The position numbers and the translations under genes were made by a program. A DNA stretch of 64,000 bases. It comes from Eubacteriales bacterium. Its GTDB lineage: Bacteria; Bacillota; Clostridia; Oscillospirales; CAG-272. Position 1 is the stretch's first letter, and each line of letters starts with the position of its first letter. Of the stretch, positions 17,141-25,121 are shown piece after piece. The notes beneath the pieces are model-generated. The model had not been told where the DNA came from, did no database searches, and saw only the letters and a list, made by a program, of their open reading frames with translations. The stretch is from contig JAZNDN010000081.1 in the NCBI GenBank assembly GCA_045588085.1, forward strand, positions 1,542 through 65,541, written 5' to 3'.

Positions 17141-18226
17141 TCAGATGAGCTTTTTGAGATATCCCTCTCTGTAAAGAAGCTCTGCGATAAGAACTGCACC
17201 GCCGGCAGCTCCGCGAAGAGTGTTATGCGAAAGGCCTACGAACTTGAAATCGTAAATTGCATCGGAGCGAAGTCTTCCTACCGAAACACCCATTCCACGA
17301 TACAAATCTCTGTCAAGCTTGGTCTGAGGTCTGTTGTCCTCTTCAAAATAGGTTATAAACTGCTCGGGAGCCGAAGGCAGACCGAGAGACTGAGGCTTTC
17401 CGTAAAACTCTGCCCAATCCTTAAGTATCTGTTCCTTAGTCGGAGTGTTTTCAAATTTTACGAATACCGCTGCCATGTGTCCGTCGGAAACGGGAACGCG
17501 AAGGCACTGAGTGGTTATGGTTACGTCGGACGCGGGAACGATTTCACCGTTTTCAACCTTACCCCAAACACGAAGAGGCTCCTTCTCGCTCTTCTCCTCC
17601 TCACCGCCAATGAATGGAATGAGGTTATCTATCATTTCAGGCCACTCGGCAAAGGTCTTGCCTGCGCCGCTTATAGCCTGGTACGTCGTTGCAACTACCT
17701 CCTTAATTCCGTACTTGCGGAGCGGGGTCAGCGCGCCTACGTACGACTGAATAGAGCAGTTGGGCTTAACTGCGATAAATCCGTGCTCGGTGCCAAGTCT
17801 CTTCTTCTGAGCGGCAATTACCTCAAGATGAGCGTCGTTAACCTCCGGAATTACCATAGGAACGTCGGGCGTCCATCTGTGAGCAGAGTTGTTTGAAACG
17901 ACGGGAACCTCCGCCTTTGCGTAAGCCTCCTCGAGAGCGCGAGTCTCATCCTTAGTCATGTTGACTGCGCAGAATACGAAATCGCAAAGCGACTTAACCT
18001 TTCCGATTTCATCGGAAGAAATAATAGTCATACCTTTAACCTTTTCGGGACAGGGAACGGTCATCTTCCATCTTCCCTCAACAGCATCGGCATAGCTCTT
18101 TCCTGCCGAGCGGGGACCTGCGATAACCGCGCTTATTTCAAAATAGGGATGCTCTGAGAGAAGAAGTATGAATCTCTGACCGACCATGCCGGTAGCACCT
18201 ATAATACCAACCTTTAACTTTTCCAT
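17141..18226 (-). CDS. asd: Aspartate-semialdehyde dehydrogenase
   Basis: I moved the start from the ORF-track 18274 to ATG 18226, which gives MEKLKVGIIGATGMVGQRF. AGGAGG lies 6 nt upstream, and the predicted promoter lies downstream of 18274. The active-site region reads KPNCSIQ. Confidence 0.9.
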   Translation of the reverse strand: MEKLKVGIIGATGMVGQRFILLLSEHPYFEISAVIAGPRSAGKSYADAVEGRWKMTVPCPEKVKGMTIISSDEIGKVKSLCDFVFCAVNMTKDETRALEEAYAKAEVPVVSNNSAHRWTPDVPMVIPEVNDAHLEVIAAQKKRLGTEHGFIAVKPNCSIQSYVGALTPLRKYGIKEVVATTYQAISGAGKTFAEWPEMIDNLIPFIGGEEEKSEKEPLRVWGKVENGEIVPASDVTITTQCLRVPVSDGHMAAVFVKFENTPTKEQILKDWAEFYGKPQSLGLPSAPEQFITYFEEDNRPQTKLDRDLYRGMGVSVGRLRSDAIYDFKFVGLSHNTLRGAAGGAVLIAELLYREGYLKKLI

Positions 18227-18277
18227 GTTGCCTCCTGATACACCGCGTCTTATGCGCGGAAAATAAATAACCATCTC

Positions 18278-18306
18278 ATTTTATCACACAGCGTTGCGCT
18301 TGTCAA
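18278..18306 (-). promoter_or_regulatory. Sigma-A promoter for asd
   Basis: The minus strand reads TTGACA (18306..18301), a 17-nt spacer ending TGTGA, then TAAAAT (18283..18278). Confidence 0.6.
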
Positions 18307-18376
18307 TAGTTAGCGCGCAAAATGAAGAATTTCACAGATTCCGACTGCAAATCCGAGGATTTGCATGCGCAAAACA

Positions 18377-18408
18377 AGGGTGAGGCACGAAATTGAATGT
18401 CTCACCCT
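18377..18408. terminator. Stem-loop terminator after spoIIIAH
   Basis: The stem is AGGGTGAG / CTCACCCT, with a T-run downstream on the plus strand and an A-run upstream. It can act bidirectionally. Confidence 0.55.
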
Positions 18409-18476
18409 GTTTTATTCGTTTTTTCAAAGACGAAGCAGCCTGCGCTAATAAAATTTTCGCGTCTTCGTGCCCGTTC

Positions 18477-19025
18477 TTACTTATTGATTATGCTCACCTT
18501 CTCGGGTGCAATACCGGTAGTTTCATAAACGATAGAGAAAATCTGAGCTGTATCCTTTGCCTGAAGGCTCTCAGCCTTAACGACAACGCTCACCGTGTCC
18601 TCTCCAATAACGGCAATGCACTCCTCGAAGCCCTTAGCCTTAACAAGACTCTCTATGTTAGCCTCGTTCTGAATATCAACGGCTATCTGCGAAATTTCAG
18701 CCTGTGCCTCGGCTCTTGCCTCTTCGCTGGCATCCGCATTCTCGGATATCAGCATAAGCACGTCGATTGCCTCATCTCTGGACTGCTGACGGGTAAGAAG
18801 CGTTGCAGCGAAGTAATCGTTCTTCTCCGCATCGGCATCGGTAGCTGCGCTGTCACCGCCGTTGTCACTCATATTGTTATCTCCGTATCCCAAATTATCC
18901 ACGGGGTCGTAGAACCAGCGGTAATTGAGATACACCGCAAGGCCGATGAGCAGAACCGCTACGACCACTACGATGCTTTTCGCCGCCTTGGACGAAAAGA
19001 ATTTTTTTGCTTTTTCGTTTTTCAT
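18477..19025 (-). CDS. spoIIIAH: Stage III sporulation protein AH
   Basis: 182 aa with an N-terminal TM anchor (SIVVVVAVLLIGLAVYL). It is the last gene of the eight-gene spoIIIA array. Confidence 0.8.
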   Translation of the reverse strand: MKNEKAKKFFSSKAAKSIVVVVAVLLIGLAVYLNYRWFYDPVDNLGYGDNNMSDNGGDSAATDADAEKNDYFAATLLTRQQSRDEAIDVLMLISENADASEEARAEAQAEISQIAVDIQNEANIESLVKAKGFEECIAVIGEDTVSVVVKAESLQAKDTAQIFSIVYETTGIAPEKVSIINK

Positions 19026-19095
19026 TGTATGACGCTCTCCTTTTTTGTGTTACTGATAAACCTTATGCACGCAAATCCCGCATTATTCCGCATTG

Positions 19096-19521
19096 CTAAG
19101 ATATTTTCAAAATGCAAATTCGATTTTTTCCGATACCGAAAAGCGCTGATACCATTTCGGTAAGCTCCGCCCTCACGGCGTCGCTTCCCGCGCCCTCGCA
19201 AAGAATACTCACTCCGAGCACTCTCGGAGGCACCGCAGAAATAAGCTCACCGCCCTTATACTCCAAGCGCTCGCCCTCAGAAAAGCTTATCATCACGCGG
19301 CATTTTCCAACGCCCTCGACGTTTTTGCACATCTCGCAAAGCTCTGCCTCCAACGACCGCTTGTACTCCGAAAGTCCTCCCCCGCCGCTCTCCGAAGCTT
19401 CTGCCGACGGAATAAAAAATGACACCGTAAGCAAAACCGCACCAAGCAAAAACAGTAACAGCAAAATTCTGCCGCGCTTCCCCGAAAAGCAGCCCTTGAC
19501 GCTCTTTATAAAATCATTCAC
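19096..19521 (-). CDS. spoIIIAG: Stage III sporulation protein AG
   Basis: 141 aa with an N-terminal TM segment. The call rests on its position in the spoIIIA array. Confidence 0.75.
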   Translation of the reverse strand: MNDFIKSVKGCFSGKRGRILLLLFLLGAVLLTVSFFIPSAEASESGGGGLSEYKRSLEAELCEMCKNVEGVGKCRVMISFSEGERLEYKGGELISAVPPRVLGVSILCEGAGSDAVRAELTEMVSALFGIGKNRICILKIS

Positions 19522-19958
19522 CTCAACTCAACCTCACATTTACCGAAATTATTTTCAACTACAAATTCCCTTATAGCACGGTAATCCGCAAGCTTCGCAC
19601 GCTCACTCAGCGTAACGGTCAGAACCTCCGCTGCCATTTTTTCGGTCTGAAATCCCTTGGCACGAACGCTGATATGCTCGGCATCAAGCGAAAATCTCTC
19701 TGCTATTGCAAGACGGACCCCGTCGCAGAACGCCTCCTCGGCAGTCTTTTCAAAAACGCTCTCCTCCTCAGCACCGGAGTATTCGGGAAGCTGTGCAAAT
19801 CCCTGCCCCAAAGAAATAAGAGGAGATAAAATAGCCGAGACCAGAATTATTCCAAGTGCGGCACGCGCCGCTCTCTCTGCCTTTCCCGACGATAAAACGA
19901 AGCCCGCAAACGCCACGGCGCAGGATGCACAAAAAATCGTAACAAGATGCGCGCTCAT
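19518..19958 (-). CDS. spoIIIAF: Stage III sporulation protein AF
   Basis: 146 aa with two N-terminal TM segments. It overlaps both neighbouring genes by 4 nt. Confidence 0.75.
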   Translation of the reverse strand: MSAHLVTIFCASCAVAFAGFVLSSGKAERAARAALGIILVSAILSPLISLGQGFAQLPEYSGAEEESVFEKTAEEAFCDGVRLAIAERFSLDAEHISVRAKGFQTEKMAAEVLTVTLSERAKLADYRAIREFVVENNFGKCEVELR

Positions 19959-21313
19959 ACCGCAGGAACTCCAAACTTTAAGAATATAATAACCTCTAAA
20001 ACATACACGAGTGATGAAAATGCGAAAACCGATATAAGCATATCAAAGGCATAAAGTGCCGATGACAGTATTCCCGCCCCCAGCTTTCCGCCGGTCATTT
20101 CCAAAAAGGAAATGCATATTCTGAATGCAATACGGTAAAGGAGCAGCTTTATAAGCGGCGCACCGAGAACGGTAAGCAATGCTGCAAGGGATACGGCACC
20201 AACGGTGCCCTTGGCAAGATTTACTCCGGAAGCGAGCGTTCCAAGGGCGGAGGAGACGCTTCCGCCGACTATCGGTATCATTCCGGAGATTGCATATTTC
20301 ATCCCTCTGAGCGTCATACTGTCCTGAGCTCCGGTTATCAACGTCTGCAAAGCAAGCGTTCCTGCCACTATGCTCGTCAAGCCTCCAAGCACAAGTGTGA
20401 AAAAGCTCTTAGCCCCTCTGATTACCGGTGCAACGCTGCCTCCAACGTCGAAGGAGGCTATGAGCCCGAGCGCCATCATGAGCATAACTATCGGAAGAAG
20501 CCCGTCCCTGACAAAAAACGACACGGCTGATAGGGTAAAGCTCATTCCCGCCGCCTCAGCAGCAGCCGTCGCAACCCCACCGCCTATTGCGCTTACCGAC
20601 GTAAAAACAGGTATCAGACCCGAAAAAAGCTCCGTTGCGGATTGCAAGCCGTCCCGAACCGAATATACAATTCCCGAAACAGAGGCAAAAATCGGAACCG
20701 AAAGAACCATAGCTACGCCGCCGGTCATGCCGGACGAAAGCTCTCCTGCATTGAAGGCGGTAAGCTCTGCGGCAAGCAAAAGAGCCGACACGCCAAACAG
20801 CATAATCAGAAATCCGCCAACCTCACCGTCTCCGCCAAGCAAATTCAAAACGGAGGAAACGACGTTATCCGGTGAAAATCCCGAGGCAAGCCCACTGAGG
20901 TCACCGTCATTGCCCACGTCGGCAAATTCACCGATATGTACGAAGAAACCGTCAAGTATTTCGGATAGCTCGTCTGAAAAATCCGCCCCCTCGGTGCCAA
21001 ACGGGTTGTCGGTGCCCTCAATTAAGCTGTATGAGCATGCGTGCGCATCAAGACGCTCGGTATATAAACCGTAGCACGCCCCCCGACCTGCACGCGCCAC
21101 AGAGAAAATCCCGGGAAGCAAAACCGCAACGCCTGCGGCAAAAAACAGCATCGCAAAAATCATGCGCCCTCTGCGCCCCTCGGGAAGCCTAGGGATTTTA
21201 TCCAATCCGCAGACCGAAGCATCGCGGCAGACGCGAGAGTGAAAAAGCGCGGAATTATTCTTTTCCAATCTTATCATTTCCTTTATGTCCTTTTTTTGCG
21301 GCAATTTTGACAT
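19955..21313 (-). CDS. spoIIIAE: Stage III sporulation protein AE (polytopic membrane protein)
   Basis: 452 aa with many Gly/Ala-rich TM segments. The first 50 aa, before MIFAMLFFAAGVAVLL, may not be translated, so the true start is uncertain. Confidence 0.8.
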   Translation of the reverse strand: MSKLPQKKDIKEMIRLEKNNSALFHSRVCRDASVCGLDKIPRLPEGRRGRMIFAMLFFAAGVAVLLPGIFSVARAGRGACYGLYTERLDAHACSYSLIEGTDNPFGTEGADFSDELSEILDGFFVHIGEFADVGNDGDLSGLASGFSPDNVVSSVLNLLGGDGEVGGFLIMLFGVSALLLAAELTAFNAGELSSGMTGGVAMVLSVPIFASVSGIVYSVRDGLQSATELFSGLIPVFTSVSAIGGGVATAAAEAAGMSFTLSAVSFFVRDGLLPIVMLMMALGLIASFDVGGSVAPVIRGAKSFFTLVLGGLTSIVAGTLALQTLITGAQDSMTLRGMKYAISGMIPIVGGSVSSALGTLASGVNLAKGTVGAVSLAALLTVLGAPLIKLLLYRIAFRICISFLEMTGGKLGAGILSSALYAFDMLISVFAFSSLVYVLEVIIFLKFGVPAV

Positions 21314-21712
21314 TTACGCGGAATACTCGAGAAAGCCGAGCCCCGTGTCAACAATTTTGCGAAAATACGGCAGACAAATACAGATTATTTCAAGGCGCGA
21401 TGCCAGAGTAACGCTCTTTGCAAGACCTCCCTCGCCCATTTCCGAGAAGGCGTCTGCAAGAACCCCGCACAGAAAGCCAACCGCAATAATTTTAACGGCA
21501 GCACGCGCGTATTCGTAAATCCCTCCGACAGCAGCCAGCTCCTGTATCTCGGAAAACACCCCCAAAAACGCCTCCGCATAAAGCGAAACTATTCCCAGTA
21601 TGCATAGCGAAACGAACACGGGTACGCCCTTCCACCCAAAAAGCTTTAATACCTGAGAGAGTATACCAACCAGAATGATAACTCCGAGAGTACGGGCAAA
21701 AAGCTCACTCAT
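21314..21712 (-). CDS. spoIIIAD: Stage III sporulation protein AD
   Basis: 132 aa, a four-TM small membrane protein. The call rests on its position in the array. Confidence 0.8.
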   Translation of the reverse strand: MSELFARTLGVIILVGILSQVLKLFGWKGVPVFVSLCILGIVSLYAEAFLGVFSEIQELAAVGGIYEYARAAVKIIAVGFLCGVLADAFSEMGEGGLAKSVTLASRLEIICICLPYFRKIVDTGLGFLEYSA

Positions 21713-21903
21713 ATATCAAATATTCCTCTTACAGTGTCTATCAGATTTCCAAGCTCCAGCATCAGCACCGTAAGAACCACCAGTATTCCGGCTATCGAAA
21801 CGTAAGTTGCATGCTCGTCTTTTCCCATTTTGGAAAGAATTTGGCAGGTTACCGTTGTCAGCACGCCTACTCCGGCGACCTTAAGTATAAGACTTATATC
21901 CAT
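21709..21903 (-). CDS. spoIIIAC: Stage III sporulation protein AC
   Basis: 64 aa. MDISLILKVAGVGVLTTVTCQILSKMGKDEHATYVSIAGILVVL matches the SpoIIIAC pattern (IAGIG...GK.E.A..V.LAG). Confidence 0.85.
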   Translation of the reverse strand: MDISLILKVAGVGVLTTVTCQILSKMGKDEHATYVSIAGILVVLTVLMLELGNLIDTVRGIFDI

Positions 21904-21954
21904 GATTTCAACCTCTTTTCTTTGTCGTGGTACAATTTGCCCATGCTCCGATTT

Positions 21955-22425
21955 TCAAATTATCAGTATGAACGTTCCCGCCAGAGCAGCGAATACGAGC
22001 AACGGATACACCTTTGCGTTTCTCTGCTGTTTTTCGGCAGCACGCCTTTGGGCGTCGGCAAAATACTGCATCGCACGTCTTGCGTTCTTAATCTCCGACT
22101 CGCGCCCGGAGCTACCGAAAGCGTTTAAAAACTCCGTAAGTGCCCTACCCTCTTCGTCGGAAAGCATACACGCCCCTACGGTATTGCAACCGAACCCCTC
22201 GTTTCCGAGCACCTCCTTAAGCCACTGAGGTGACTCTGATAAAGCGTCGGTAACTATTTTGTCAAACGTGAGCATTCCAACACTCACGCCTCGCTCCATG
22301 CGCTCAATAAAGCGCACAGTATCCGCCAATGCCGCAACCCTGCCCGAAGACAAGCGCCTTTCCTCAGCGAGAAAGGCAAAGCATAGCGGCACGAGCAATG
22401 AAAATCCAAGCAATCTTATAAGCAT
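21955..22425 (-). CDS. spoIIIAB: Stage III sporulation protein AB
   Basis: 156 aa with TM segments at the N- and C-termini. The call rests on its position in the array. Confidence 0.75.
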   Translation of the reverse strand: MLIRLLGFSLLVPLCFAFLAEERRLSSGRVAALADTVRFIERMERGVSVGMLTFDKIVTDALSESPQWLKEVLGNEGFGCNTVGACMLSDEEGRALTEFLNAFGSSGRESEIKNARRAMQYFADAQRRAAEKQQRNAKVYPLLVFAALAGTFILII

Positions 22426-23321
22426 ACCGCCTCCGCATCCTTCAAGCTGTAAAATTCAACAGAAAACTCAGTGCCGCTTCGCGATATTCCCGCCGCATTC
22501 TCTACAATTGAGGCATCGCAAAGCGCACGAACCCCGGCCTTACCAATAAGCTCGGAATAGGACGAGGCGTGTATCGAAGCTATGAGCCCGACCCCTCCCC
22601 TGCCTACCGAAAGCAAGGACTCGATATCGGAAGCGCTTATCTCGTCAATAATAAGTATTTGCGGCGACAGACACCGCAGGGCAAGCTCTATGCCCTCGTG
22701 CTTTTTATACCCCTTGAGTATGTCCACGCACGCGCCTTGATAGTCCTCCTCGCGAAACTCACACCTTTCGTCTACAATTACGACTCTTTGGTTTTGCTCC
22801 AAGGCAATATTTCGTGCAAGCGAACGTAAGGCGGCGGTCTTTCCTCCCGACGGACCGGCAAAAATCAACATTCCGCGCCGCTCACAGCGTACCGACCTCC
22901 AGCATTCAAATATCCTGCCGGCAACCTCCGACTCTGCCGTAGGCAATCTGAAAACAAATCCGTGAGGCTCGGATATTTCGGCGACACCCCCCTCATATCT
23001 GGCTCTGAAAATAACTCCAACCCTGATTCCGCCGTCAAGGGTTAGATATCCGTCGGTTAAGGTATGTATATGTGCATACAAGCTCTTGCCGAGAAGTTTG
23101 TCAAGTAAAAGCTTCGCCTCAGCTTCCGTAATACCTCGCCCGACAGTCACGTTCTCGCCCGACAAAACGGCAGAACAGACTCTACCCACTCTTATTCTTA
23201 TCTCCGACAGACCCCGTGGATAGTCCTTGCGGCTTTTAAATACGGCACGCAGCTTAATTCCTACCGAAAACGGAAGGAGAGCCAGTACGCGCTCGCAATA
23301 TTTTTCGGACTCTTCGCTCAT
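22416..23321 (-). CDS. spoIIIAA: Stage III sporulation protein AA (secretion-type ATPase)
   Basis: 301 aa. Walker A reads FAGPSGGKTAALRS and Walker B reads ILIIDEI. It is the first gene of the array. Confidence 0.85.
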   Translation of the reverse strand: MSEESEKYCERVLALLPFSVGIKLRAVFKSRKDYPRGLSEIRIRVGRVCSAVLSGENVTVGRGITEAEAKLLLDKLLGKSLYAHIHTLTDGYLTLDGGIRVGVIFRARYEGGVAEISEPHGFVFRLPTAESEVAGRIFECWRSVRCERRGMLIFAGPSGGKTAALRSLARNIALEQNQRVVIVDERCEFREEDYQGACVDILKGYKKHEGIELALRCLSPQILIIDEISASDIESLLSVGRGGVGLIASIHASSYSELIGKAGVRALCDASIVENAAGISRSGTEFSVEFYSLKDAEAVCL

Positions 23322-23423
23322 GCTTTTTCTCCCTGCTTCTTTCTATTTACTTGGAAGGTAAATTATTTCTGTGTATATTTCCTTAATTTGACAATTTTTT
23401 CTCCCATATTTTTACAATTTCTA

Positions 23424-23452
23424 TTGACAAACATACCGCCTTATGCTAGAAT
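23424..23452 (+). promoter_or_regulatory. Sigma-A promoter for the AbrB-family gene
   Basis: TTGACA (23424..23429), 17 nt, TGC, then TAGAAT (23447..23452). Confidence 0.6.
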
Positions 23453-23532
23453 AATATCAGAAATTTAATCCTACCGAAGCCGCTTGCATCAAACGGCGCG
23501 GAGGCAAAAAACAACGGCAAAGGAGATATAAA

Positions 23533-23772
23533 ATGAAGTCTACCGGCGTATCAAGAGGAATTGACGAGCTTGGCCGTATAGTCATTCCCAAGGAAATCAG
23601 AACCATGCTTGACCTCCCCGAAGGAACGAAAATGGAATTTTTCGTTGAGAGCACCTCAATAGTGCTTAAAAAGCACGTGTCAGGCTGCGCACTTTGCGGT
23701 GGCGAGGGTGTTCTGCTTATTAACGGCAAGATGCTGTGCCAGGCTTGTATTGATGAAATAAAGGCTAACTGA
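23533..23772 (+). CDS. AbrB/SpoVT-family transition-state regulator with a C-terminal 4-Cys tail
   Basis: 79 aa. It has the swapped-hairpin signature GIDELGRIVIPKEIR, followed by CALCGG...CQAC. The RBS is AAAGGAG. Confidence 0.8.
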   Translation: MKSTGVSRGIDELGRIVIPKEIRTMLDLPEGTKMEFFVESTSIVLKKHVSGCALCGGEGVLLINGKMLCQACIDEIKAN

Positions 23773-23879
23773 TGAATTTTCGGCATTTTTTGCCGAACAA
23801 GTGACGTATACTTAAATATATTCACACTGCGCGGATAAAATTAATAAAAAATAAATATATTTTCGGAAGGAAAAAAACA

Positions 23880-24905
23880 ATGAAGGTTATTACATTTGGT
23901 GAAATCATGCTCAGACTTGCTCCGGAGGGCTATCTTCGCTTTACTCAGGCTGAAAAATTCGGCGCTGTTTACGGCGGAGGAGAGGCTAACGTTTCGGTTT
24001 CTCTTGCCAATTACGGCATTGATACCGCCTTCGTAACCAAGCTCCCCAAGCACGATATAGGTCAGTGTGCAGTTAACGCGCTCCGTAAATTCGGAGTTGA
24101 TACCTCGCTTATAACCAGAGGCGGCGATAGAGTTGGTATATACTTTAACGAAAAGGGTGCTTCTCAGCGTCCCTCCAAGGTTATCTACGACAGAGCTTAT
24201 TCCGCAATCGCTATGGCAAGCCCCTCCGACTTTGATTGGAATAAGATTTTTGAAGGTGCCGACTGGTTCCACTTTACAGGAATCACTCCCGCTCTCAATC
24301 CCACCGTTGCCGGCATCTGCCTCGACGCTTGCCGTGCGGCTAAGGAAAAGGGCGTTAAGATTTCCTGCGACCTCAACTTCAGAAAGAAGCTCTGGAGCCG
24401 CGAGGAAGCAAATAAGACTATGAGCGAGCTTTGCAAGTATGTTGACGTATGTATCTCCAACGAGGAGGATGCTCACGACGTATTCGGAATTGACGCAGAG
24501 AACACCGACATTGCCGGCGGTAAGCTCAACCACGACGGCTACAAATCGGTTGCCCGCCAGCTTGCCGAGAAATTCGGATTTGAGAAGGTTGCTATAACCC
24601 TCCGTTCCTCTATAAGCGCAAACGATAACGACTGGGCTGCTCTTCTTTACAATGCAGAAAGCGGCGAATACTGCTTCTCCAAGTCCTATCACATGCATAT
24701 CGTTGACCGCGTTGGCGGCGGCGACAGCTTCGGCGGAGGACTTATATACGCTTGCCTCAACGGATACTCAACTCAGGACGCAGTTGAATTTGCTGTTGCA
24801 GCTTCCTGCCTCAAGCACTCCATCGAGGGCGATATGAATATGGTAACCGTTGACGAAGTTAAGGCTCTTGCCGGTGGAAACGGAACCGGAAGAATTCAGC
24901 GCTAA
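23880..24905 (+). CDS. kdgK: 2-dehydro-3-deoxygluconokinase (PfkB family)
   Basis: 341 aa. The N-terminus MKVITFGEIMLRLAPEGYLRF and the PfkB motif DRVGGGDSFGGGLIYA support the call. Confidence 0.8.
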   Translation: MKVITFGEIMLRLAPEGYLRFTQAEKFGAVYGGGEANVSVSLANYGIDTAFVTKLPKHDIGQCAVNALRKFGVDTSLITRGGDRVGIYFNEKGASQRPSKVIYDRAYSAIAMASPSDFDWNKIFEGADWFHFTGITPALNPTVAGICLDACRAAKEKGVKISCDLNFRKKLWSREEANKTMSELCKYVDVCISNEEDAHDVFGIDAENTDIAGGKLNHDGYKSVARQLAEKFGFEKVAITLRSSISANDNDWAALLYNAESGEYCFSKSYHMHIVDRVGGGDSFGGGLIYACLNGYSTQDAVEFAVAASCLKHSIEGDMNMVTVDEVKALAGGNGTGRIQR

Positions 24906-24938
24906 TCAGCAAATAAAAAACGAAGCCTCGTTTTGAAA

Positions 24939-24980
24939 GACACCCCCTAAAGCATTTGAGCTTCGGGGTGTCCTTTTTTT
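24939..24980 (+). terminator. Intrinsic terminator after kdgK
   Basis: The stem is GACACCCC / GGGGTGTC, followed by a run of seven T (CTTTTTTT). Confidence 0.75.
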
Positions 24981-25076
24981 ACGGCTTCGCCTCTTGCTTC
25001 CTTCTCGCTCCTGCGCGAACGTTTGGGATTTGTTCCGCAACAGTGCGTATCGATTTTATCTTAATATTTGGCTTAT

Positions 25077-25117
25077 AAAAACGGCAGGTCGGTGCGACCT
25101 GCCGTTTTGTTTTTTAT
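25077..25117. terminator. Bidirectional terminator after the 1437-aa gene
   Basis: The stem is ACGGCAGGTCG / CGACCTGCCGT (25081..25105), flanked by AAAA and TTTTGTTTTTT. Confidence 0.75.
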
Positions 25118-25121
25118 TGAA

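Noticed and set aside
18227-18274. N-terminal extensions given by the ORF track for asd (18274), nagA (34027), the PPIase (45513), the MBL hydrolase (36840), the 319-aa protein (38484), the HD protein (63447) and the lipid kinase (61001).
   Set aside because: In each case an internal start has a strong SD at proper spacing and gives a canonical N-terminus. Several of the extensions overlap promoters or the upstream gene.
23322-23423. Sigma-E type promoter for spoIIIA.
   Set aside because: Only a weak resemblance exists (ATATACAC versus the CATACA-T -10 consensus). I could not place a convincing -35 element at the right spacing.
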